Of a DNA stretch of 64,000 bases, positions 52,657 to 64,000 are shown piece by piece. The position numbers and the translations under genes were made by a program. Below the pieces are notes generated by a model that did not search any database, was not told the origin of the DNA, and saw nothing but the letters and a program-made list of their open reading frames with translations. The stretch covers positions 18,476,001 through 18,540,000 of the forward strand of contig CM068743.1 of assembly GCA_035084275.1 (NCBI GenBank), written 5' to 3'. Each line of letters starts with the position of its first letter. Position 1 is the first letter of the stretch. This DNA is from Hydrolagus colliei (taxonomy: Eukaryota).

Positions 52657-53159
52657 CATAAAAAGTGGTTCTTTGCCAGTATTTATTTACTCACTGTAAA
52701 CATTCGCTGTACATCAAAAGCTGCCAAAATGTGTGTCAAATTGCCCACTCAGTTCCTATATCCTGGTTTCAATGGATCCAGCTGAGCTTATGGATGGATG
52801 GACAAACTAACTGAAAAGAATTGTTGTATCTATTGGCACAGGGAAGTCGGTATTTTATGATAAAGTGCATTTCCTGGTAAGGCTTGTGTTTTCTTTGTGT
52901 GGATGAAATAAAGATGTAATGATCCTCACAGTTGATAATGAGTTATACATATTGTGTTGTTGAGAGGTGTCAAAAGAGCTTCGCAGGATTTTACCATAAA
53001 GTATAATGACTGCGTTTCTAGGCCAATTTGCACACAACATTTCCCCACAAACGGGCGTGAAATGAATCGCCAATTTTATCTGTGTGGCCATTTTGTACGG
53101 TTTCTAATCTGTGGTGTGTCTGTGTTGATAAAAAAAAATCACAGCAAAATCAATCTTCT

Positions 53160-53405
53160 AAATAATAATAATAATCCTTAACATTTGATGTATCGCTTTT
53201 TACATCGGGAGGATATGATAAGAATCCTTGCATTTGATGTCGTGTTTTTCGACGTCTCAAAGCACTTCACAGAATATACCATAAACTGAATTGACTGTAT
53301 AGTTGTGGGCGAAAAGCGGCAGCCAATTGCGAACAGCAGTGCCCCGCAAACAGTCATGGATTGAAATGACCAATTTTATTATTGTATTTTTTTGGAGAGA
53401 TTATT
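53160..53405 (-). mobile_element. tRNA-SINE 3' half
   Basis: aatccttgcatttgat...gcggcagccaattgcgaacagcagtg...gattgaaatgaccaa. Confidence 0.85.
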
Positions 53406-53559
53406 ATCACGCGTTAATGTTAGGATCTATTACACAATATGTAAATAGAGATGTCTTAAAACAGTTTACAGGATATACTGTAAGGTGCAGTGACTGTATC
53501 TTGTAGAAGTAGGCATTCTGTATGTCCACCTCTGTATTCATTGAAGTTTTTGATTCCAG

Positions 53560-53656
53560 GAATATTCAGGACAGATCCCTTCTAAAGGTTTACCACAAGG
53601 ATCCTGCCCACATATCCTTCAACCATTCTCCAAGGGCTGTGAATGGAGACGTAAGG
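53560..53656 (+). CDS. KIAA1217: KIAA1217/SKT internal coding exon (97 nt, phase 2 to 0)
   Basis: Acceptor tttttgattccag|, donor gtaagg|gtgagt. Translates (R)NIQDRSLLKVYHKDPAHISFNHSPRAVNGDVR, matching the recalled KIAA1217 sequence NIQDRSLLKVYNKDPAHAFNHTPKTMNGDMR; frame-compatible with the previous exon. Confidence 0.93.
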
Positions 53657-56600
53657 GTGAGTACAACATCTGCTGTTCTAAGCCAATGTACATTGGTCAT
53701 CTGTATATAGTGACTCTCAATTTACAAAGTAACTGTAGCCTGGCTCATTAGCTTTAATAACGATTGCAGGAAATGTTGGCTGACGCGGCATGTCTCCCAA
53801 GTACACGTTTATGTGGAAATTAACGAAGAGACCAAACACAAGCATTTTTAGCAGTGATATTTCTCCCGGCAGATAAATAAAACAACAACAAAAGCATATG
53901 GCTTCACTTATGTGATAATGATAGCGGGTCTTTTGTGAGCAAAACTTGGATTTGAGTAACTTTCCACATTAGTTATTCCACACAGAGGAACCTTTATAAA
54001 CAAAAACAAGTTTTCCTCTCTGCTTTCATAATGCTGATTATGATCCTGTTTTGAAGGCTCCCCTAATCCTCCCACACACAGACTTCAAATAATACACACA
54101 AATGATATGTTTTGCTGTCTCAAGGCACCTGTTTAACTGCTAAATATGTGCGAAGGACAGGGTGGCGGTTGATTCTGTACCCAGGCTGCAGGGACTAAGT
54201 ACAGCATCTTGAGTGAAAGTGGCAAACTTTTGTTTTGAAGATTGTCTTGATTTCTACCCCTCTGGGTGGGTAACAACATGGAGCGGTAGGGGAGAGAACC
54301 GGAGAGTGGGATTTAGACAAACATTGGCATGGACACAATGGGCCAAACCACCCTCTTCTGTGTGGACAATTTCTGCTTTTCTATTTTACTGAGCTGAGTT
54401 TGAACTCTATGATGTTTCTCCTAAGGGAAAAGTCCCTGCTGTAGACAATAACTCTGTATGGACTGTAAGTGTTTTGACTTACTGCTTTGGTTCTGATGCA
54501 GTGGAATGATGGCTACCAGACTCTTTGCAGCATTAGACTTTGCAGTTAAAATGTTGACGTATCAAGCGCTCTTGAGACGCCATCTGGCGTGGAGGGCTCT
54601 ATATAAATCAAAGTTGTTGTTGTTGTATTTGGATTATATTTTACTCAGCCCTTATTAAGTATTTATGTACGTGGGTATTGTTTTTATTGAACCCCAGATA
54701 GAATTGAGCTCTACAGTTTTTATAAAAAATAAGACAAATTGTGTGTTTTGTGTGCTTTGAAAACTTAGCTGGAGTAAATAAATGGGTTGACATTTTTTTT
54801 ATGAAGTTTAATAAATATCGTTTAAAAATCCTATTGATAGGCCCTTTGTAATAATACACTGGCGCTTTGTTTCTGAGACATAGGTTTAATTTCCATTGGA
54901 TTTGAAAGTGATTACCTCAATATGTACTGAGCTCACAAGTGGATAATCTGGTCAGGGAGCTTTCTGCTGCGTTGCATGCACTAAGACTTCTTGCCAGATA
55001 CAAACATGTGGAGCAGTCACAGCTCACTCTCTTATTTCATACGCTCAGCAATTGATTTTAGGTGTGGCCTTGTGGCTATTTCCAGACCTTAAACATATCA
55101 TTTCATCCTGCCCAGTGTTTGTTTCTCACTTTCTGATAAGCAGCAGAGACAGACGTTCTTTTGCACTCTGGTTTAAGAGATTTTTCTCCCGTTGCCTTAA
55201 GCTGAGAGAAGTATTTCTTCTGAGGGAAAAGCTCCCAAAGTTATTGTTGGAACCTACTTCTTTGCAGACAGTTCTGCAAGAATAAATGGTTTCATTTTTT
55301 TTTACCATCTGCAATCGATTCAAGATGACGATTTAAAGTGAAGGAGACTGAGACAGTAGAATAAAGGTATGTGCACTTACGCAGTCAAATCAGCAATTGT
55401 CTTACAGAAAAACAAAGCTGTCTTTGTAGTTTTGGGGTGAGGAAGGTTAAAACAAATGCTTTCAAATTCAACTGTGTGCTCCCACTGTCTCAAAGATAGG
55501 GATGAGTTCTAGATGTGCCTTTGTGTGAAATACTTGTGACCGGTGGATAAGTGAAGGGCACTTTGATCTGAGCTAACTTTGTGCCTTGCCAAGTTAGTGT
55601 CAAATGCTTGGCCTGAATTTGTAGCTAAAGCCTTATCTTGGGTTTCAAAGAGTTGTTGTGGAGTTATTAACTGGAGAACACCTTAAATTATAGCATGTTG
55701 AGCGATGACTTTGTGCTTTCTGGCTGCAATCTTTATGTTGTTGTGGACACTTGATTTACTTTTGTAGCCTATATAAAATAGCTATTAAAATATATTGTTG
55801 AGGTTGTCAGTGCAGCATCAGCCCCTATCATTGTCAACGCTAGAAATGTTTTGTGGGCATCATTGCAATGTGTGTTGATGATCTGCACCTTCATTCAGTT
55901 GCATTCTGCTACAGCCCAAGAGGTGAGTTTTCTCTGTCTCTAAGCCTGGAGATACATTTCTTCTTAGGGAAAAAACACTTTCATAGGTGCTGTTGGAATC
56001 TGCTTCTTTGCAGACTTTTATGCAAGAACAGATGTTTCCACATATTTTTAACATCTGCAGACTCCCTCCGACTGCCCCTCCGCCTCATTCCCACTTTCTC
56101 TGCCTTTGAATGTTGCCTAAACTCTGCCTTGTTTACGCTCACTTCCACGTACACCTTCGACCCTGTGCTTTGAGACATACCCAGCTGCGTGAATTTAAAT
56201 CAAATTGTTGCTCTGCTGGTACGTTTAAGCTCTCCTGATTTTACAATCTATTTACTTCTTGTGCCAAGACCACCTTTGGAGATGAGTGATAATAAGCCAC
56301 ATGACTTTGTGAGTCAGACTTCCCCTTCTCTCCCCGATTGCCTTTCACCCATGACATTCACTCAAGTGAACATATTAGAAATCTGTTTTGCCTCCTCAGC
56401 CACCCAAATAACAATGAGGCTTGAAGTAAATTCACTTGACATTCCAGGCTCGACTCCTGTTATCTATTTGGGCAGTGGAGATCCATGGTTGTCTGACGCT
56501 CCCGAGACAGTATCCCACATGAAGAGCGCAATGCAAAAAGTTGTTGCTTGCGGTTGTTGATCTCATCGGGACATTTACGTGTGGATGATAGTCTGTTACG

Positions 56601-58374
56601 CATGTTGTTTGCTCCCAGTGCTCTTCAGCAGACAATGTAAAATTCCTTTGGCGCCACATTTTAAGCCACCTTAACCACGGTGGAAAAGCAGCACAATACA
56701 ACTGGAGAAAGTGAAAGCACTGAGACTTGCGGAATGGGAGCATTATTGTGAATTCTTTAGTTCTTTTGTTTTTCTCAGGTTCTTTTGGTGGGAAGGGGGA
56801 GAGCAGGGGGCAAGCTGTACCTCGTAGCTGTTTTAAGAGTTCAGCCTGACTTCAGTGGCAAGCTAGTTGAGTTTTACTCAGGCCGTGATTCCGTTACGCC
56901 TTATGAGACTTTGCAGCTTCAAGTACAGGAGGCAGAACCACTGAAAGAGGAACGATATGTGACAACTGAAGTCAAGTTCTTAAAGACACTCCAGTGAATC
57001 AATATTTTGCCACCGATATTGCAGCAGTGCAGGATGATTTCACATTTTTGCAGCCGGTTCCTTTTGACCTGCTGACACCTCCTGCAGCAAGGCAGCCTTA
57101 CAGTAAAAGTCAAACTTTCACGTCTCTTAAGTTTTTGTTAGAAGCTATTAGATTTAAATCTCTCAGCTGACCAAATAGTTTAGTAATGAGTATGCTATAA
57201 AGCAAAATGGCTTAAGTAACTGAGACGCACATGCTGCATTTTGAAAGCCTCAGAGAAGCTAAAATGGGATTTGAGACTGGAAATGATACTGCACGAAAGG
57301 CAATTTTTCATATACAGTGGGTTCGCTTTTGTTGGCAGATAAAGCCTCAAGCCAATTATTGTGCAAGTTGAATGCTGTTTTGTAATTGAGGAATGACTTT
57401 CTTCTTAATGCAGTGAGAACAAAGCGAACACCTGACTAAACATGCTCATGTGTGCCAAGAAAACACATCCAGAACCTGAGCAAACAACAGGATGAAGTTG
57501 CAGTCCTTATGGTTCATTCAAACTCCCTTTGTGCCCTTCTTTCTTAAAGGCAGTTAGTTATCTCTGTGAAAAAATGCATGCCCAGTTTGTTTTATTCAGA
57601 TTTGCTTACGATCCCTATCCAGATCTTTTCCGAAATGCTTACTTACTTGCAAGGGACATTTGGGTTGAACAAGTCAATGCTGGTGAAAGTGACAAACAAA
57701 TGTCTCCTGACGTAAGCTAAGAACCCCCCCCACTTTAAGTCAATCCTGTTACAAAACTTAGGCCGTCATATAAGGTCTCTTTGGGTCTGATATCCAGCTT
57801 GTGTGCGAGTGATGTATGGGGGGGCGCTCGTGTAGTGGGTATGTGTTTGCGTGTGTGGGGTGGGGGAATATAAAAATATCATTGTGTTGAAGGTATTTTT
57901 CCAGTGATGCGTCATTAATAATGTTATTGATATGAATCTCAGTGATTTTTAATCCCCCACCCCCCAGCCTGATTATATTTCTTATCAGTTTTCTCAAGTT
58001 AGCTTCTGACTGCTTCCCAAACCAAAGGAAATTATTCAGCACAACTTCATTCTTCAATGAAGGCAACATTTCTTTTAATGTAGGTCTTCAATATTGAGGG
58101 ACAGGGTGACCCTGTTGTAACAACAACAACTACAACAAAATTACATTGATAGAGCGCCTTTCACGTCAGGAAGACGTCCCAAGTCTCCGAAGTTGTAAGG
58201 CAGGAGGTCAGGGTTGGGCATGACTTAAGAGCAGCTGGCAGGCAGCGTGTATGCACAATGACAACAACCAATCATATAAAAAGGTGATGTCAATGTGCGT
58301 GAGTTCAGAAGGCCAGTCACGAGGACACACCTGAAGACCTTCCACTTCGACTGTGCCTATGGTCTATGGCCTGT

Positions 58375-58712
58375 GGAGCTCCCGTGGCTCAGTGGTTAGA
58401 GCACTTGTCTTGCAAGCTGGGGAGACCAAGCTGGGGAGATTTGTGTTCGAATCCAGGCAGGTCAGGGCGAAACCTTGGGCAAGTTTCCTTACTCCGCATG
58501 CTTAATAATAATCCCTCCAAAAAAGCCATAATAATAAAAATTGGTCATTTCAATCCACAAATGTTTGTGGGACACTGCTGTGCGCAATTGGCAGCCACGA
58601 TTCGCCCACAAATATACGGTTAATTCACTTTACAGTACATTCTGCGAAGCGCTTTGGGACGTCGATAAGATGTGAAAAGCGCTATATCAAATGCAAGGAT
58701 TATTATTATTAT
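58375..58712 (+). mobile_element. tRNA-SINE, full length
   Basis: A and B boxes (tggctcagtggttag, gttcgaatcc), internal 13-bp duplication caagctggggaga, and (tta)n tail. Confidence 0.92.
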
Positions 58713-59844
58713 AGTGAACTCCCACCTCTCCCTGGGGAGGAGATGCTACACTTTGTGAAGGCTGCTATATACAGTAAATGCAATTTGTTGGTGTCGCTAC
58801 TTTCAGAATGCACTGCTCTTCAATGTTAACGGTAACGCATTTCTAGGAGCAACAGTAGGATTTCAGGCGCTTTAGGATGCCCTCCACACGAGCAAGGCGC
58901 TATACCAAATGTAAAAATGATTATTATTAATATTCACCAAATGTTGGTAGCAAAAGTATTGCTGGCATTTTGCAACCATTTCTGCACATTTTATTTTAAC
59001 TGTTTTAAAAAGCCTAGTGACTTTAGCTCCTAACCATTGATCTGCCACAATATTTTTGTTCAAACAGGGAGGTGTAGCCGAGCGATTTAGACTTGTCAGT
59101 TTTTTGTGCAGTGAAGCACAATTTCTTTGGTTCATTCCCTATAATAGAAGCTTGTTGTTGTAATTCTGTTGTAATAGTTGTTGTAATTCTCTGCCAGGCA
59201 TAGGAAGATGACATCGATCGCTGTGATCGTGATCTTGCTGTGGTTTACTTAAGTATTCAGTGTGGCTTAACTGGTGAAACAGTTCCTTAAAAACATTAGA
59301 GTAGTTTTTGTTGTAATAGTGGGATACAAAAGCTTTTTTTAAAAAAAACACTTTTCTGTGTTAGTGGGCAGCAGGACAGCAGAACTGCATGTGTTTGCTG
59401 GTTTCCACGGAAACAATCTGGAAGGGCATTGAGGCATAAATTCCTGTTTATTTGTCAATCCCACCAAGCAACATGAGACAGTTGCAAAAGGGTGTCTTTT
59501 CAATCACATATCTGTGGCTCTAAACTTTCATTGTATCACTGGGAAGTCCTCCCAAAGTGAAGGGGGCTGTATAAATGCTATTTATTGTTGTAATTCTGTG
59601 CTAGTCACCATATTGTTTAAGAATCACGCCATTCAGGGGAAGAAAATTTGTTCATACATTTGTATAATACTCTTCTGAATTATACAAATTATGACACAGA
59701 AAGCTGTTTTGACATGCTGACGTATGTGTCAACTAAGATGCCTAGCTCTCGTTCAGTTTGTCAACAACAACAACTTGGATTTATATAGCGTCTCAGGGTG
59801 CAAATGGCACATTCTTTTCTATAATAATAATTATTATAATTATC

Positions 59845-60368
59845 TGTCACCTCTCAGCCGGACTATTCCAATGCTCTCCTCACCAGTCTCCCCTCTACCA
59901 CAATCCATAAAATTCAACTCATTAAAAACTCTGCCTCCTGCATTTTCACCCACACCAAACATCGCTTCCCCATTACCCCAGACCTTGCCAGACTTCACTG
60001 GTTCCCTATCCCAGAGAGGATCGATTTCAAAATATACCTCCGACCTCCTCTCTCCTCAAACCAGCACCTGTTGCCTTCGCTCCACCGGGTCTGGCCTCCT
60101 CCATGTTCCCCGAATCCTCCTCTCCACCCTCGGTGGCTGTGCTTTCAGTTACTAGGACCCAAGGCTATGGAACTCCCTTTCTCACTCCCCTTGCCTCAAC
60201 TCCTCTCTTCCCAGCTTCAGGTCCCAGCTAAAGACCTTTCTCTTCGACCGCGCCTTTGGTCACCTTTCTACCTTTGCCCCTGGCTTGCCCCCGGGATCCG
60301 TTGCTGTGAAGTGCTCTGAGACGCCATCTGACGTGGAGGGCGCATATAAATCAAAGTTGTTGTTGTTG
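59845..60368 (+). mobile_element. L2 3' fragment, same subfamily as 41930-43598
   Basis: Near-identical cctcctctctcctcaaaccagcacctgttgcctt and tail cccgggatccg...ggagggcgc.atataaatcaaagttgttg. Confidence 0.9.
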
Positions 60369-60499
60369 TATAATCCTTGCATTCCATATCACACCTTATC
60401 ACATCTTCAAGATGTCTAAACTTGCTTTCCAGAATATACTGTACAATGTAAATTGAATGCATATTTCATGGGCGAATCGAGACAGCCAATCATGCTCAA

Positions 60500-61060
60500 C
60501 AGTGATTTGAAAACCTTTGTGAGGATCTTGAAATCAATCCGTTTGGTGATTGGGAGCCAGTGGATCTTGGCAAGGACTGGTGAGGTGGGGGTAGGGGTGG
60601 GGGTATGGAGTTTCATGTGGGTAAGTATTTGGGTGGCAGAGTTTTTAATTAATTAATTAGATTTTGTGTTTGGTGAAGCTGGGGAGACCAGCGAGGAAGG
60701 CATTGGAATAGTCCAGCTGGGTAGTGACGAAGGTGTGGACAAGAGTTTCAGCTGCATCGGTCTTCAGGTATGAGCGGAGATGGCGATGTGGCTTAGGTGG
60801 AAAAAAATGGTCCTGGCCAGGGAACAGAAAATAATAATAATAATACTAATAATAATCTTTGCATTTGATATAGCGCTTTTCACATCTTATCGACTTCTCA
60901 AAGCACTTCACAGAATATGCTGTAAAGTAATTGACTGTATATTTGTCGGCAAAACACAGCAGCCAATTGTGCACAGCATACACACAGTACATGTGGTAGA
61001 AAGGAAAGCTGGGGATCGAACCTGACGCCTAAGTTGTGCATTAATTTCGGAGAGTCTGAG
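60500..61060 (-). mobile_element. L2 fragment interrupted by a SINE 3' half (-, ~60830-60978)
   Basis: Minus-strand HWLPITKRIDFKIL, ggcattggaatagtccag (LDYSNA) and HNLGVRFDPQLSF, with the SINE tail nested inside. Confidence 0.82.
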
Positions 61061-61694
61061 GGGGATCTGAGGGACATTGAGGAATACACACCTGAAGGAG
61101 AGAAAACAATATGTCCACCCTCTGGCTCCAAAAGTACAACAACCATTTTATTCAATGATTTACCAGTTCACCTCAATTTGCACCTGTCCCCTTATCGCCC
61201 AATAACATTCTCCAAAAGATACTTATGCAGTAATTTTCAAAATGAGTTAATCTGCATAGCTTCAAAGTGCCTTTGTTAGGAGTCTGTTCCACATACACAG
61301 TACTCTTTGGAGAAATTTGTTTTTCTAATCTCTTCTCCCACATGAGACATTTTTAATTTTGTAAACTGGGCCTTCTAATTTTGCTCTCTTGGTCTTACAT
61401 CAAACAGATTTCTTATCTTCTATGTCTCATTATTTTAAAGAGCGAGCTAGTGTTCTCTCTTCTACTCATATTTTAGTTCCAATTAATAGTTCAGCTTCTG
61501 CTCATAATGTGCAAAATTACAGGCCAAACAATCATTTTTGTTCTTCTCTAAACCCTTACCAACACTTCAATGTTCTTTTGGCCTAATTGCAGTTTGATTT
61601 GATGATTGGGCTGTAGTTAGATCATTTAGGTACAAACTTAAAACGTATTAATACAGTACTACAATTTGCAATACAAATCAATTGAAGTTGTGTA

Positions 61695-62270
61695 TCATAA
61701 AATCATATAATTATACAGCACCAAAGGAGGCCATTTGGCCCATCGTATCTGTCTCAGCTCTTTGAAAATAGCTGACTTTACCCCACCCCACCCCACGACT
61801 GTTTGTGGGACACTGCTGTGCGCAATTTGGCTGCCGCGCTTTGCCCACAAATATACAGTCAATTCTCCTACTCTCCTTCCCCATACCCCGACCCCTCTCC
61901 CCCTGCTCGGGTCCCAACCTGACTGTTCAGCGCCTTGGGATGTCCTCCCGACATGAAAGATGTTCAATAAATGAAATTTGTTGTTGTTGTTTAAATCAAT
62001 CCCACTCCCCCACTCTCTCCCCAAATCTGTCTTCCCCAAATAAATATCTACTTCTATCTTAAAAGTTGTTATCGAATTGCTTCCACCACCCTTTCAGGCA
62101 ATGCATTCCAGATCTGAGCAACTCACTGCATGAAGAAGTTTCTCCTCCCCTCTGTTTCTTTTAACAACTATTTTCAATCAGTGTCCGCAGGTTACCGACC
62201 CTCTTGCCAGTGGAAATAGTTTCTCCTTGTTTACCCTATTGAATCCCCTGATAATTTTGAAAACTTTTAT
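61695..62270 (-). mobile_element. CR1 3' fragment with a nested + strand SINE/L2 chimera (~61795-61990)
   Basis: aaggaggccatttggcccatcg tail and KVFKIIRGFNRV.KEKLFPL on the minus strand; the insert runs acgactgtttgtgggacac...(ttg)n. Confidence 0.82.
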
Positions 62271-63099
62271 TAAGTGCTGGTAGCACAATTTAATGATAGT
62301 TTTGATCTTTGCCGTTCTGCATATTTGAACTGGATCCATGAACTCTGTGGTCACCTTCTGCAGGCTCCTTTTGCCAAGTCTCTTTACCCTTTGATAACCA
62401 AATAAAAACTTTAGCCAATACCCACATCTTTTGTTCTGCCTGAATCTCTTCCAAAGCAACTGTTGTTTACCAGGTTGAGGGCCTATAAATTTCAGACTCC
62501 CTGCTAACAGTTGATTCTGTTCCATTGCCTGGTTCCTTGAAAGTGCATCTGTGTTGATCTGCTTGTTGCCAAACTGGCATTCCAATTGATAGTCAAACGT
62601 AGGAGGAAAAGTCACAGATTGTGCTGTCTTGAAGACTTAATGGCATACGGCAACACAAAGAATTGTGATTATTTTGTACTCGAATTTCATCCGTCCACCC
62701 AACTTTCTATTGTGGAGTAAATTTTTTTGGTTTTATTTGAAGTTGGAAGAAAATAAGTAATGTTACAATTTGTTTTTCATTTGTTACAAAAACTACTTAA
62801 TCGTGAACTATGTGCAACTTTGTGAAACTTAGCAACCACTGAACAGGATTGTTGAACATTGATGATGAGTACAGTAAACAAATTAGACCTAATTATGCAA
62901 TTTGAATATAATATCAGTGCATCAAACAGTTTGCAGGTATTTGCTGTGAATGTAGTGGCTGTTTTTGTAGGCAAATGGGCATCAACTATGTACTAAAGAT
63001 GAATGATCTGGTAATTGGGAGGATTGTTGGCCAGGATATTGGAAGAACCTCCCTTTGTAGTCTATTCATAATTATGGTTTGGTTCACCCTCTATTTCCC

Positions 63100-63290
63100 A
63101 CAATCCAGTGCAGTGCTGTGGGGAGCGTTGCATTGTCAGAGGTGTCATCCTTCAGATCAGATATTAAACTGTTCAGGCTAAATATCCTGTGGCATTATTT
63201 AAAGAGGGAAGGGAGTTTATTCTTTGAATCCTGACAAAATTCCTGTGTCATATATTCAGCGTTTATTATTATTATTATTATTATTGTTGC
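63100..63290 (+). mobile_element. DeuSINE fragment
   Basis: ccagtgcagtgctgtggggagcgttgcattgtcagaggtgtcatccttcagat Deu-domain motif. Confidence 0.65.
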
Positions 63291-63564
63291 TAGAACTTGT
63301 GTGGGACGGATGTCACACTGAAGTAGGAAGGATTCACCTGTTTCACCATCCATCAGTCAACAAAAGATGTTCTGCTGCTTTGATCAAGAATGCCCACAAG
63401 CTGGCACTGAGCTCAGCTATTCCACACGTGATCAACTGTGACAAACTTTCCTTTAATGCACTCCGGGATGCAAACTCCGCTATGTAAATGCAAGTTGGTG
63501 TTTTATAAATTAAACCTACTTATCTTTGCCGGGTTTGCCTTCTATCTCTATTTACATGACATCA

Positions 63565-63990
63565 GAACCTAAGAATTAGAAGCAGGAGTAGGCCATTCGG
63601 CCCCTCGAGCCTGCCCCGCCATTCAATAAGACCATGGCTGATCTTCTAATCTAACTCTACCTATCTGTTTTATCTCCATATCCCTTAATCCCTTTATCCA
63701 CAAGAAATCTATCAATCTCAGTCTTGAACATGTTCAAGGACTGAGCATCTGCAGCCCTTTGGATTTTTCCATAAATTCACTACCCTCTGAGTGAAGAAGT
63801 TTTTCCTCAACTCAAGATGAAAGGGCTAACCACTAATTTTAAGACTGTGACCCCTGGTTACAGTTTCTCCAACCAGGGGAAACAGTGTCCCACTATCTCT
63901 CTGTCATACCACTTAATAATCCAATAGGTTTCTATAAGATCATTTCTATATTCTAGAGAATATAGGCCTAGATTCTAGAGAATATCAACT
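63565..63990 (-). mobile_element. CR1 LINE 3' fragment (shark HER1-like tail)
   Basis: aagaattagaagcaggagtaggccattcggcccctcgagcctgccccgccattcaataagaccatggctgatc is a reverse-strand CR1 3' UTR. Confidence 0.85.
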
Positions 63991-64000
63991 ATCAACTTCT

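Noticed and set aside
27453-53656. Assignment of the exons to SRCIN1 (p140Cap) instead of KIAA1217
   Set aside because: The motifs VVRSTNQTK, GVLYLQYGDE and NIQDRSLLKVY.KDPAH fit KIAA1217 better as I recall them; reciprocal BLASTP and synteny would confirm.
58375-58460. tRNA gene candidates (also at 28347, 36560, 51422, 52349)
   Set aside because: A and B boxes are present but run directly into SINE body and tail, with no complete acceptor stem; these are SINE heads.

Overview
Vertebrate genomic DNA; the repeat content suggests a cartilaginous fish, possibly a chimaera (inference). The window lies inside a large + strand gene that I recognise as KIAA1217 (Sickle tail/SKT; paralog SRCIN1). 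Three internal coding exons (27453-27648, 34828-35026, 53560-53656) have canonical AG/GT boundaries and splice in frame to encode the AIP3-like N-terminal region. The rest is intron, densely filled with L2 and CR1 LINE fragments, tRNA-derived and DeuSINE-type SINEs, and non-autonomous DNA transposons, plus a 143-N gap. Almost all ORFs in the supplied track are spurious. I did not find a convincing novel protein-coding system. The most unusual items are two intact hAT elements carrying purine-rich minisatellites (one with a BED-finger ORF and an internal hairpin), a foldback Tigger/pogo element, a recurrent tail-swapped SINE, a CR1 end with a 75-bp snap-back duplication, and a diverged ~155-bp duplication in a TE-poor intronic stretch. 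Repeat boundaries were read by eye and are approximate unless TIR/TSD coordinates are given.
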